Translations under genes and position numbers: made by a program
Shown here: piece by piece, positions 15,601 through 25,871 of the stretch
Numbering within the stretch: the stretch's first letter is position 1
Layout: each line of letters starts with the position of its first letter
Source of the DNA: Trichodesmium erythraeum IMS101
GTDB taxonomy: Bacteria > Cyanobacteriota > Cyanobacteriia > Cyanobacteriales > Microcoleaceae
Length of the DNA: 32,000 nt
NCBI RefSeq assembly: GCF_000014265.1
Contig: NC_008312.1
Span: 3,330,001 to 3,362,000, forward strand
Direction: 5' to 3'
The notes under the pieces: model-generated
Seen by the model: only the letters and a program-made list of their open reading frames with translations
Told to the model about the DNA's origin: nothing
The model's database searches: none

Positions 15601-16149
15601 TCAGTTCTGAAAAAGACGAAAGAAAGTCAAAGCTGTATTGCCATAGACTTTCTGCCGACAAATTTCTAAATTGGGAATAGATTTAACTGGCCATATTTTG
15701 GGACAATGTTCTACTGCTAGCTCGCTGGTTAGCCCTAGAAGTTGATATTGAGCGATCGCCTCCAATACTGGTTGATATAAATTACTAGTATAGGGGGGAT
15801 CAAAATAAATCAAATCAAACTTCTGGCCCACTAAAACTTTTAACCGTTTTAAAACATCTCCCCGCAAAACCTGAAATTCCTGGGATGAACTAGCCACCAG
15901 TTGCCAATTTTGGCGAATTAAAGTACAAGCAGGGCTATATTGTTCCATAGCGATCGCTATGGATGCTCCTCTACATAAAGCTTCTGCTCCCATAGAACCT
16001 ACACCAGCACATATATCGAGCCATCGACATCCATCTATATTATTTTGCCAGATATTAAAGACTGCTTCTCGCACCTTAGCCAAAGTTGGTCGAATTTCCA
16101 TTCCTGGTAAAGTTTTTAACTGACGGTTACCATATATTCTTAAATTCAT
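15601..16149 (-). CDS. rsmD: 16S rRNA (guanine966-N2)-methyltransferase RsmD
   Basis: 182 aa. Contains LDICAGVGSMGAEAL (SAM motif I) and the DPPY catalytic motif. Size and layout are typical of RsmD. Confidence 0.85.
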   Translation of the reverse strand: MNLRIYGNRQLKTLPGMEIRPTLAKVREAVFNIWQNNIDGCRWLDICAGVGSMGAEALCRGASIAIAMEQYSPACTLIRQNWQLVASSSQEFQVLRGDVLKRLKVLVGQKFDLIYFDPPYTSNLYQPVLEAIAQYQLLGLTSELAVEHCPKIWPVKSIPNLEICRQKVYGNTALTFFRLFQN

Positions 16150-16523
16150 ATCAAAAATTCACCTCAAAAATTCATCTCAAAGACTTATCTTAAAAAAAAA
16201 AGAAGTACCAGGATATCAAATTAAAAATTAAATTAAAAATTAAATTAAAAATAATAGTCATTTCACTATAGCTTGCTAATTAAATATCAAGCCATTTACT
16301 GATATTTACAAATACCTTTTTAAAAGTCTAATAAAGTGTAATTTTTTCAGTACCTAAAGCTAATACATATTAATATCAACAGCAGAATAATTGCCCAAAA
16401 ATCAAGGGCAAATATATCTGACTACTTTCTAATTAATTCCCATTTAGACCTAAGTAAGTTCCATGAAATGTTCCCACCTATTTCTGAGTTCTAACTTCAC
16501 TGCTCAGACTTTTTCAGCAAGCC

Positions 16524-17168
16524 TTAACTAGCTAAAGCCAAATTTTTAGGGATAACTTTACTAACAAAATTTGACAAAATTTTTAATCCGGCAGTAGAAG
16601 ATTTTTCTGGGTGAAATTGTACTGCTATTAAATTATCTTTTCCTACTGCTGCAGTAACAGTTTGATGACCATGGGTGACAGTTGCTGCTGTAACTTGAGA
16701 GTCTGTAGGATCAACATAATAAGAATGAACAAAATATACCCAGGGTTGAGAACCTATTTCACTCCACAAAAGATGTTCTGGTTGAGTAAATTGTAATTTA
16801 TTCCAACCCATTTGTGGAATTGTCAGGCCAGGTTCAGATTTAAACCGACATACTTTTCCAGCAAATATTCCTAAGCCTGGTTCTTGACCTTCTTCGCTAC
16901 TTTCAAATAATATTTGTAAACCTAAACATATACCTAAAAATGGTTTTCCAGAAGCAATAACTTGTTTAATAGGTATTTCTAAGTTGCGTGTTCTTAAATG
17001 TTGTACTGCTGGATCGAAAGACCCTACCCCTGGTAAAATCACTGCATCAGCCTTGTCTATTTCTATTGAAGAATCTGTAATTTTTGGAGTTGCTCCTGCT
17101 TTTTCTAAGCCTTTACAAACGGAGTGCAAGTTACCCATATCGTAATCTATAACTGCAATAGTTGACAT
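16524..17168 (-). CDS. hisH: Imidazole glycerol phosphate synthase, glutamine amidotransferase subunit HisH
   Basis: Contains IAVIDYDMGNLHSV, LPGVGSF, GICLGLQ (catalytic Cys), YFVHSY and VQFHPEKS. Confidence 0.92.
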   Translation of the reverse strand: MSTIAVIDYDMGNLHSVCKGLEKAGATPKITDSSIEIDKADAVILPGVGSFDPAVQHLRTRNLEIPIKQVIASGKPFLGICLGLQILFESSEEGQEPGLGIFAGKVCRFKSEPGLTIPQMGWNKLQFTQPEHLLWSEIGSQPWVYFVHSYYVDPTDSQVTAATVTHGHQTVTAAVGKDNLIAVQFHPEKSSTAGLKILSNFVSKVIPKNLALAS

Positions 17169-18502
17169 ATATTCATTATCCTAATTTTATATTTAGTAAC
17201 TTTAATATTATATGTAAAAAATTACCATAATTGAAAGGATTTACACTTTTTATAATTTGGTGATAATTCACAGATAAAATTAAAGTTTTACTCATATAAT
17301 TTAATATTTAGAAACCTAAAAATAAATGTAATTATTCTGAGAAATTATTAAATATGATATTTTCCCAAAAATCAACTAATTACTGTCTAAATTTCATAAA
17401 AAAGTTGGCTATTGATTAATAAATTGTGATTTCTTAATCAAATAGCACAAATTAATCTCAATAGAATTATTGATTCTAGGATGAAATAAATATTCCTGAC
17501 TGGTCCTCACTTAATCAGTAAAATTACTAATAAATTAATGAGAGGTCAAATGTCAAGAAAAAATAAAAGTTAGCAAAAAAAAATTAATCTGAGAACTATT
17601 GACAAAAATTTTATATCTTTGCTATTATTCAAATTAATAAAGTATAAAATTTTAGAACCTATAGTCATTAGTTGGCTGCTGTCTCATCCATGGTAGATAT
17701 ATCAAGTTTATTTGTGTATCCAATCTTTGTAAGTAATCTCTAGCATAAATATATAATTATTTATTTAGGTAAATAGTTCAAAAGAATAATAATTTTTAAG
17801 ATAGTTATTTCCAACTATGATATGAGCAAATAAGTTTTTAAGTTTCTACTTAACTAAAAATATCATAATTCTTTATCTAAAAGAAAAGTAACTACAAATG
17901 AGATGAAAGCAATAAGTGTAATATATGGCAATCTACCATTGATAAGACATTAGCTTAGCTGAGGAAACTTAATATAATGTTTGCTCAGTTTGAGTGGTTC
18001 TAATTTGATAAAATTTTATGCCGAAAAACATACCAATATTATTAGTAATTTTGGAGTGATATTACAGCTAATTTCGGGCATAAGATGTACGGCTGTATTT
18101 AGAGAAAATTATGCATTGCGGGAATCTTGCTAGGGTGAGGGTATTCATAAAGTTGAAATATCCTGTATTTGTCACTCTCAATATATATTTTTTTGGTAAT
18201 TGTCTATCAAGAGATGGGAGTTTTTTTTATTTATACACTATTAAAAATAGATATCTAATATTCCCATATGTAAGTATTCAGTTATTAGCAGTCAGCTCTC
18301 AGTTTTTCCCAGCATAACCTTGTAAAAAACATGGATAAAAGTAATAAATTACTAAGTTTAGCTGATCGTCTTTTTCGTGTTGGACTTTTAATTTTTTTTG
18401 GAGGCTCATTCTTCCTTTTAGCTGATAGCTGATAGTTGATAGCTGAATACTTACCCAATATAGATAAATATAAATAAATATCAATAAATTGAAAATTAGC
18501 AA

Positions 18503-19204
18503 ATGATAGATAAAATACCTGAGTTTAAAAATCAAAAACTTCTTCAACAAGCTCTAACCCATCGTTCCTATTTAAACGAAAATTATGGAGATGAGGAAGA
18601 CAACGAAAGTCTAGAATTTATCGGCGATGCTTTACTAGGTTTCTTAGTAGGAGAATTGCTATATAGAAGATACAAAGAAGAGCATAATCTCAAACCCAAA
18701 GAACTTACTCGGATCCGTTCACTTTTAGTAGATGAAAAACAATTAGCAAAGTTCGCAGTTCAATTGGGAATTGGTGCAAAAATGCGCTTAGGTAAAGGTG
18801 CGGAAAAAGATGGTGGAAGGAAAAATCCAGCTTTACTAAGTGACACTTTTGAAGCAATAATTGGAGCCTATTTTTTGGACTCAAATTTAACGAAAGTTAA
18901 ACCTTTTATTAAAAGGCTTTTTGAACCTGTTGCAGATAATATAATTTTGCCTAATTATGGTGATAATTCACAACCAAAAGATTTAGTAGATACTAAGGGT
19001 AAATTTCAACAGTGGGCACTCGCAAAATTTGGAGAAAATCCTAGATATGAATCTAATAATGGAGAAGGTTTAGATCATGCTAAAATATTTACTGCGGAAG
19101 TTAGAGTTAGAGGAAAATTATATGGTGTTGGTAAAGGAAATCGTAAACAAGAAGCAGAAAAAAGTGCGGCAGAAAAAGCTCTGAAAAAAGTAGGGTTAAT
19201 TTGA
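18503..19204 (+). CDS. rnc: Ribonuclease III
   Basis: Contains LTHRSY, the signature ESLEFIGDALL, DTFEAIIGA, and a C-terminal dsRBD (KGKFQQWA...HAKIFTAEV...GKGNRKQEAEKSAAEKAL). Confidence 0.9.
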   Translation: MIDKIPEFKNQKLLQQALTHRSYLNENYGDEEDNESLEFIGDALLGFLVGELLYRRYKEEHNLKPKELTRIRSLLVDEKQLAKFAVQLGIGAKMRLGKGAEKDGGRKNPALLSDTFEAIIGAYFLDSNLTKVKPFIKRLFEPVADNIILPNYGDNSQPKDLVDTKGKFQQWALAKFGENPRYESNNGEGLDHAKIFTAEVRVRGKLYGVGKGNRKQEAEKSAAEKALKKVGLI

Positions 19205-19564
19205 TTGAATAAGGAAAAACTAATTTGGATAATTTCCTAGATTCATTTTTTTGAAGAGCTTAATTTTTTATTTGGGCAAGTCAGCCAATAAATTTTTATT
19301 TAAAAAGATTTAACTTAAAAAAAAGCTGATAACTCAATACTAATTGATATAAATAATTTTGAAATCTTAACTTTTGAGTTTCAACTTAAAATTACCAAAG
19401 AAATAAAGTTAATCTTTTACTCTTTCAACAGAATAAAAAAAACGAAATTTGGGATTTTTAGGTCTCCCTATTACTGGAAGTACTGTTGCCCTACGCGATA
19501 TGAAAAGCCCAGTTCCTCCTCCAGGAAGCTAACCAATAAATGATAATTGATACTGATAACTGAA

Positions 19565-21013
19565 ATGACGGATCAGCCAAGCTCCCGCAAAGAACTATAT
19601 GCTCGTATTCGCGAAATAGGCCGGGAAGAATTTCTCCTCGAAGAAATGACTCGCTATGGCTTTTGGCCAGAAGGTGAAGAAATGCCTCTAGACCCTGTCG
19701 ATGAAATTCAGCGTCGTGGGGAACTAGAACAACAACTGAAAAAACTTCGCCAAGAAAATGCCCACCTTTTTAACTTAAAGAAACTGGGTCAAGAAGCTTA
19801 CAAACAAAGATTAGTTGAGTCACGTCGCAAACAACAAGAAACTAAAGAACTTCGGGAAAGAGAAAGACAAGAACGCGCTAAAGCATGGCAAGAAAAAAAA
19901 GAAAATGACATTATTTATCTAGGGGAAGAGATATCTGGAGGACTGAATAATGTTGAAGGGAATATCTTTCGTCTCGAAATTTACAACCTCCCTATCCTTA
20001 ATACTGCCCAAGATATAGCTAATGCTATGGATATTACTGTGGGAGAACTTAGGTTTCTGGCATTTTCCCGCCCTACTTCTACAGTTTCCCACTACATCCG
20101 TTTCAAAATTCCTAAGAAAACAGGGGGAGAAAGGCAAATATCTGCTCCGATGCCACGTTTGAAAAATGTTCAAACTTGGATACTTGATAATATTCTCTGT
20201 AATGTTCCCCTCCATGAAGCAGTTCATGGTTTCCGTGCCGGACATTCTATTCTTACTAATGCTGAACCTCATGTGGCTAAAGATGTAATTATTAATTTTG
20301 ACCTAAAAAATTTTTTTCCCTCTATTTGTTACAAGCGTGTCAAAGGATTATTTTTTTCATTGGGTTACTCTGAAGCTGCTGCTACTATTTTTGCTCTTCT
20401 TTGTACTGAACCTAATGTCGTAGTAGTAGAGTTAGACGGACAGGTTTATTATGTAGCTCAGAGCGATCGCCACTTACCTCAAGGTTCTCCTGCTAGTCCA
20501 GCAATTACTAATATTATGTGTCGTCGCTTGGATAAACGTCTAAGTGAAATGGCAGCCAAACTTGATTTTGTTTATACTCGTTATGCTGATGACTTGACTT
20601 TTTCTAGTTCTGGAGATAGTCTCCGACACATTTGCAATGTTTTCCGACGTACTGAGTCTATTGTTAGTCATGAAGGGTTTACTGTAAATAGAGAAAAGAC
20701 CAGACTTCTTCGGGGCAAGTCTAGTCAACTTGAAGTTACTGGTGTTGTGGTGAATGAATTTCCGAATATTTCTCGCAAAGAGTTGAAGAGGTTTCGGGCA
20801 ACTTTATATCAGATAGAAAAGGACGGACCTCAAGGGAAAAGGTGGGGTCATAGTGATAATGTGATAGCTGCAATAGAAGGTTTTGCTAATTTTGTGGCGA
20901 TGGTCAACCCGGAAAAAGGTAGGGAGTTAGTGAGGCGGGTGAAACAAATTAAGGAAAAATATACTGGGAGAAGGAGGCGATCGACGAAAATTTTGGAGCA
21001 CGATGGTACTTAG
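19565..21013 (+). CDS. Retron-clade reverse transcriptase with a ~165-aa N-terminal coiled-coil extension
   Basis: RT motifs are IPKKTGGERQISAP, NFDLKNFFPSI, LPQGSPASPAITN and YTRYADDLTFS. Retron-type hallmarks are NAxxH (TNAEPH) and VTG (LEVTGVVVN). The N-terminus is rich in charged heptads (RRGELEQQLKKLRQEN...RKQQETKELRERERQERAKAW). The track start at 19547 is TTG, so I prefer the ATG at 19565. Confidence 0.88.
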   Translation: MTDQPSSRKELYARIREIGREEFLLEEMTRYGFWPEGEEMPLDPVDEIQRRGELEQQLKKLRQENAHLFNLKKLGQEAYKQRLVESRRKQQETKELRERERQERAKAWQEKKENDIIYLGEEISGGLNNVEGNIFRLEIYNLPILNTAQDIANAMDITVGELRFLAFSRPTSTVSHYIRFKIPKKTGGERQISAPMPRLKNVQTWILDNILCNVPLHEAVHGFRAGHSILTNAEPHVAKDVIINFDLKNFFPSICYKRVKGLFFSLGYSEAAATIFALLCTEPNVVVVELDGQVYYVAQSDRHLPQGSPASPAITNIMCRRLDKRLSEMAAKLDFVYTRYADDLTFSSSGDSLRHICNVFRRTESIVSHEGFTVNREKTRLLRGKSSQLEVTGVVVNEFPNISRKELKRFRATLYQIEKDGPQGKRWGHSDNVIAAIEGFANFVAMVNPEKGRELVRRVKQIKEKYTGRRRRSTKILEHDGT

Positions 21014-22624
21014 TTTACACCAGTTTAAGTTGTAATATTTTGCTGGCAGTTAAGACTCAAGAGTCAGGAGTCAAAATTTCAGAGGTTTTCAGTTAAAATT
21101 TTTAGTGAAAGATACAATTAAAATATAGCCAAGTTTTTGAGAATTGGTATAAGACTTTTAAGTTAATTTTTATTTAATCTTCTGTATTAACGAACCAAGG
21201 AGAATTAGTTTGAATTGCTCAATATTACCGAAAGTCTCTCCAAGTGGCTAAAGACTTTACAAAAACGTTGATACTGAAAGAAAAAAGGCAGCAACAGATG
21301 GTTAAAAAATGTTTGCTCAAATGTGTTTTGAGTAAGCAAAGAAAGACTATCTAAAATTTAAAATGAAGCCGGTCATCTTATATATTTATCTTAGTTAGGA
21401 ATAGAAAACCAATGCTATTAAAACTATCGTTACCTTAGTTTAGGGTAATTCTCCAAGTATTCCCGAAAAACCATACCATTTTAGTTTGCTTGCTCCTGGG
21501 TATTTCATCATGAATTAGGATACTTCTGGTAAAACCGCCACAGTTTAGGAGTTCTAGTCTCAGACACGGAATTGTATGTGGGAACGAAGTCAGTCCTTGA
21601 GTCCTCATCTGTTTAGAGGTAAGAAAAGAGTACACTTGAAGGCTCAAGAATTAAGGATATTCCAATAAGCAAAAGCCTAGCCTTATAGCTGGGATACCCA
21701 GGCTTGGGAAGGTATTGGAGGTATTAGTCTTAGTTGAAATTACTTACAACGGCTAAAACCCAGCTATTAGCAAAAGTGGGATCTATTACTATGGGCGAAC
21801 CCTTAAGCGTATATCCAGTATCAGAAGCCATGAGGGGCAAAACTCTCATTTATGGCGCATAAAGGAGGGAAGTAAGGGGATGCAATCTCCCCCATTGACT
21901 CTATGATAAATATCCATTGGTAAGGGTAGGAGTAAAGATTAGGGAGAGACTTTGCATCAAGGCGCGCCTAGTATATAATAGTGGGAATTACAGAGGATGT
22001 AGTTGAAAGAATTGCCCCTTAATTTTCTGCCCTTGTCTCTCACAAAACTCACATGCTCAACTATGGGAACTATGGGAAGAAAAAAGCTCGCAATTTTTTC
22101 CCAGATGCAAAGGCTAAAGTCTTGATATGTAAATGCTTTTAGATTTAGTCAGTAAGCCCTAATTAATTAAAGATGGATGGATACTTACTAATTATCCTGA
22201 TTTGATTGAATAGACCTCTTCAAAAACTAAGTTTTTACTTAGGTATTTCAAGGGTTTGAGATTAATTATCTCATAGATATAATATAGAAAATAAAACTCT
22301 ATTCTGCAAAATGGGTGTTTCACATATAGTATTTGTATTTAACACCCCAATTAAATTTTGAATCCATTTTTGATTAATCGTATCTCTTTCTATATTCAAT
22401 CCAATATTTTTTCTTGATAGTGAAGTTTCTACTTAAAGCTATGATTTGAGAACTGATAACTGATAGAGTTATTTCCTATATATCCTTGTCTAAAAAGTTA
22501 GATAACTTTCCTGAATTGATCTAAATATTAGCTAGAATGTAACTGATGGCCATAGATTTGTTTAATTTCTGTATTATGATATTTCAAGAATAATGAAGTA
22601 AATTTACAATAGGAGGTGAGTCCC

Positions 22625-22966
22625 ATGTTAAAGGAACAGAATCACAACCTCAAGGTTGTTAAACTAACAGAAGGAATATTAGTCCGTACTCAACTAAAAA
22701 ATGCTTATATTCCTGCGCTGCGTTCTGGATTTGCCGGATACCCAGTCAATCCTCGTTGGAGTGGGGTCAAGTTTTGGGCCTGGAAGACAGGGAAACAATG
22801 GCGAAAAGCTTTATTAAATGGAGAGATGGTAGTGCGTTCGACTGACTCAATATTAGTATCTGTCGATCAACTTCCAGACTCGGAAAAAGATTCTGATGCT
22901 GTAGAGTGGCTCTCTCAAAATTCATTTCTAGATAACTTACTTAAGCGAGAAAAATTGACAGTTTGA
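22625..22966 (+). CDS. Hypothetical small basic/Trp-rich protein
   Basis: The ATG at 22625 lies 8 nt after a strong AGGAGG (22611-22616). The track start GTG at 22616 overlaps that SD. No recognisable motif. Confidence 0.6.
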   Translation: MLKEQNHNLKVVKLTEGILVRTQLKNAYIPALRSGFAGYPVNPRWSGVKFWAWKTGKQWRKALLNGEMVVRSTDSILVSVDQLPDSEKDSDAVEWLSQNSFLDNLLKREKLTV

Positions 22967-23060
22967 CAGTTTAATTATTTAACTATTTTGTTAAGTTGTT
23001 TAGAATAGCTGATTTTATGGTTTTGTAACAATACAACCTAATGCTTCAAAAAAAACCTTA

Positions 23061-23098
23061 TTACCCCGTAGAAACAAGAAAAATTATCTGCGGGGTAA
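23061..23098 (+). terminator. Possible hairpin downstream of the 22625-22966 ORF
   Basis: TTACCCCG (23061-23068) pairs with CGGGGTAA (23091-23098), followed by TATCATTTT. The loop is large at 22 nt, so this is weak evidence. Confidence 0.3.
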
Positions 23099-23977
23099 TA
23101 TCATTTTCAGATAGACTGGAACTCCCAGAGGCTTTAAATTGAGTTTAGGTGGTAAAAAAGCTAGTCTAAATAGAATGGCAAGTCTTCTACAAGGATTTAT
23201 GCCACTAAAATTAAAATACTCTAGAAGATTATCAGTAAAAGAGTATAGAATCAAAGAAAAATTATAGTTACACGTATGGAGTATTGAATAAAATATTTGG
23301 CAGCTAAAAATAAGTGTTTACGGATATCTACCCCAACTTACCTATGATTATGATAGAGTTAACATGAATGGGTTCCCTCGTATTGATGGGAAAATCAGAA
23401 TCAACATTGAGGCGCTGGGATTAATTATAGAGGGAAATTAGTAGGGAACTTGAAAGTTCAATAGAAATTAACGATACTTATTTAAAATTATATATACATC
23501 TACATAGCGATACTGTAGCAGTATGGGTAATGAGTGAAAAGTATGTGAATAAGTCGCTTTAGCTTTCTGGGGATTTGAAGCCTGGGTCGTAGATAAGTAG
23601 AAAGACTGCGGCCTAGTGACATAAAGGTGAAACACCGAAGCTAGCTCCAAAACTTATAGGATCACGCTTATGTAAGTTTGGGTAAGTTTAGTCAAACGAA
23701 AATGTTCCCTCGGAAACCAAAGATATTATGATGAAAATAATTTAGAAATCGTTTTAAGCTCTTTACTTGGAATGCTATATGGAAGTTATGGAAAGAAATT
23801 GAGGTATTTTACCTCAACTCCTTTCCCCAGACTATAGCAGATCCGCTCCTGAATGCATTACCTTTTTCAAGTTCTTCTCTAGCTCTTCTGCCTTAACTTC
23901 AAAAATTATGCTTCTATCTAAACCAGATTTAGTCTTAGGTATTATTGTGCTAACTCAGGCTCTTTATCTGCTACAAT

Positions 23978-25360
23978 TTATTCTTCAGGTAATCCGAGCA
24001 TTGATTTGTACATTTTGATATAACCTTGAGCTGACTTATCCCAGCTAAAGTTCTCTCTCATGCCACGCTTCTGTAACTCCTGCCATTGATCTTTGAACCG
24101 GAAACCTTCATAGGCTCGGACCATTGCAGTAAGCAGGTCTAGTGGTTCATAGCGATCAAAAGAATAGCCAGTACCTACATTATTAATAGGATCATAGAAA
24201 GAGACAGTATCAACTAACCCACCTGTGCGACGGACAATAGGTATACTACCATAACGCATTGCCAATAACTGACTAATACCACAAGGCTCAAATCGACTGG
24301 GCATTAAGAAAGCATCAGTACCTGCATATATTCGTCGGGAAAGGGCATCATTATGTAAAAGTTGGACACTCATCCGACCAGGATAACGACTTGCTATTTG
24401 CCACATTTGGGTTTCATAGAAGCGATCGCCTGTACCCAACAAAATAAACTGAGTATCAGTATAAGCCATAAACCGATCTAAGACTTGCAGCATTAAATCA
24501 AGTCCTTTTTGTTCTACCAGTCGGGAGACCATTCCCATGAGAAAGCTATTTTTGTTAACTTCAAAACCTACTTCTTCTTGAAGAGCAATTTTATTGTCAA
24601 CCCGTTTTTCCAGGGTATTGACATCATAAGTTTGAGGAATATATCTGTCATTAGCTGGATTATAAAAGTTCATATCAATACCATTGAGGATACCGTGTAG
24701 TTTCCCCGTAATAAAAGACATTAAACCATCTAGATTTTCTCCGTAGGCAGGTGTTTGGATCTGACTAGCATAGGTTGGAGAAACAGTAGTTACCCGATCT
24801 GCAAACTGAACTGCTGCTGCCATTGTATTATGCCCTTCCATGTACCAAGGACACCAAGTAATTCTTTCCAAGTACCAGCGCCAAGGTCCTTGATAAGCTA
24901 GGTTATGAATAGTAAATACGGTTTTAATGTCTGGAGTTTCGTGCATCCAAACTGGAATCATGCCAGTGTGCCAGTCATTACAATGAACTATCTCTGGTTT
25001 CCAGCCATTCCAGCAAAACTCGGCCGCCCCATTAGCAAATAGAGTGAATCTCCAGTCCTCATCATCTCCATAGTAAATATGACGTGGCCAAAAAGCCGGG
25101 TGACCAAATAGGTACAATGGCACGTCACTTTTTGGTAGTACCGTCTCATAAATCTTAAAGTTTTGATACATGGCCGTTCCTTCCCAGATAGGTTCCTCAG
25201 GAACTTCCATCTTGTCGCCTAAAAAGCCATAATAAGGCATGAAGATACGAACATCGTGACCCATTTTCCGTAGTACTTTGGGTAAGGCACCCACTACATC
25301 TGCCATACCACCAACTTTTGCTAAAGGAGTCGCTTCAGCAGACACAAATAAAATTCGCAT
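23978..25360 (-). CDS. glgA: Glycogen (starch) synthase GlgA
   Basis: Contains MRILFVSAEATPLAKVGGMADVVGALP (KxGG motif), CNDWHTG, a GT5/GT1 C-terminal half with MPSRFEPCGISQL, and is 460 aa. Confidence 0.93.
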   Translation of the reverse strand: MRILFVSAEATPLAKVGGMADVVGALPKVLRKMGHDVRIFMPYYGFLGDKMEVPEEPIWEGTAMYQNFKIYETVLPKSDVPLYLFGHPAFWPRHIYYGDDEDWRFTLFANGAAEFCWNGWKPEIVHCNDWHTGMIPVWMHETPDIKTVFTIHNLAYQGPWRWYLERITWCPWYMEGHNTMAAAVQFADRVTTVSPTYASQIQTPAYGENLDGLMSFITGKLHGILNGIDMNFYNPANDRYIPQTYDVNTLEKRVDNKIALQEEVGFEVNKNSFLMGMVSRLVEQKGLDLMLQVLDRFMAYTDTQFILLGTGDRFYETQMWQIASRYPGRMSVQLLHNDALSRRIYAGTDAFLMPSRFEPCGISQLLAMRYGSIPIVRRTGGLVDTVSFYDPINNVGTGYSFDRYEPLDLLTAMVRAYEGFRFKDQWQELQKRGMRENFSWDKSAQGYIKMYKSMLGLPEE

Positions 25361-25754
25361 AATTTTTGAGTTTGCGTTCCCTTTTTAATTTTAAATATCG
25401 TCATCATAGTTTATAAAAATATAGTCACATAAAATATATCTTTATTTTGCAGGTGTTATCCTGGCTGGTTTAACTACAACACCCTCACTCCCATAGTTAA
25501 AGACATAAGGGAGCTGTTTTTATTATGATTTTCTCTGAACTGTTCACATCAGCATTTGTTGCTCTTTTGCTTACGGTACAGTTAGATTCGTCTTTTTAGT
25601 CTTTTTTTTCCAAAAAAAGTACTTTGATTGTTTTTACCTTTTTTTGTCAACTGGAATAGTATTTTTATCTATAAAAATTACTTTAAAGATATTATCCTGC
25701 TTCTAGTCTAGATTATGGCCAATTATCTTAGTATGGGCATACCTATAGCTGAAT

Positions 25755-25803
25755 TCAGAACTCAGAAATTAGAACTCAGAAGTTAGAAGTTAGACTTCAG
25801 AGG
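25755..25803. repeat. Heptanucleotide tandem array, 7 units of T(C/T)AGA(A/C/G)N
   Basis: TCAGAAC TCAGAAA TTAGAAC TCAGAAG TTAGAAG TTAGACT TCAGAGG, read directly. Confidence 0.9.
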
Positions 25804-25871
25804 TTAAATTCTTTGTTTTGCTTGTTCCCTATCACCCCATCATTCCTATTCTCTCCAAAAATCCGAATCTT

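Noticed and set aside
18111-18550. ORFs 18111-18317 (+) and 18299-18550 (-)
   Set aside because: They are low-complexity I/L/F/Y-rich translations of AT-rich spacer. The second overlaps the rnc start. Neither has a motif or an RBS.
19919-20728. Minus-strand ORFs 19919-20272 and 20540-20728
   Set aside because: They are antisense shadows inside the RT gene, whose motifs clearly define the plus frame.
19565-21013. The in-window RT as the DGR enzyme that diversifies the putative VR at 10236-10361
   Set aside because: It carries QGSPASP plus NAxxH and VTG (retron-type) rather than the (I/L/V)GxxxSQ motif of DGR RTs. I found no template-repeat-like copy of the VR next to it.
19205-21200. The RT as a group II intron-encoded protein
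   Set aside because: There is no GUGYG 5' end and no domain V/VI-like sequence after the stop. The upstream region is only 360 nt of AT-rich DNA, and the RT lacks the maturase/X-domain pattern.
21435-21647. Minus-strand ORF of 70 aa
   Set aside because: It has no recognisable motif and lies in the stem-rich non-coding core. Neighbouring frames are full of stops.
21795-21927. GCGAACCCTTAAGCG (21795-21809) resembles the a1/branch region of retron Ec86 msr as I remember it, with a partner TAAGGGT at 21921-21927
   Set aside because: There are only 7 complementary nt. It lies ~800 nt downstream of the RT rather than upstream, and the resemblance is from memory. This is insufficient for an msr/msd call.
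19463-21948. TCTCCCTA (19463-19470) and TAGGGAGA (21941-21948) as terminal inverted repeats bracketing the RT
   Set aside because: An 8-nt inverted match over 2.5 kb is expected by chance, and there are no target-site duplications.
21435-22080. RNase P RNA, tmRNA or SRP RNA
   Set aside because: I could not find the universally conserved blocks (GGAAAGUCC / ACAGAA for RNase P, a tRNA-like acceptor/T-arm and tag ORF for tmRNA) on either strand.
23468-23650. Minus-strand ORF of 60 aa
   Set aside because: It is short, motif-free, and uses an alternative start in a non-coding-looking region.
24509-24700. Plus-strand ORF of 63 aa
   Set aside because: It is an antisense shadow inside glgA.
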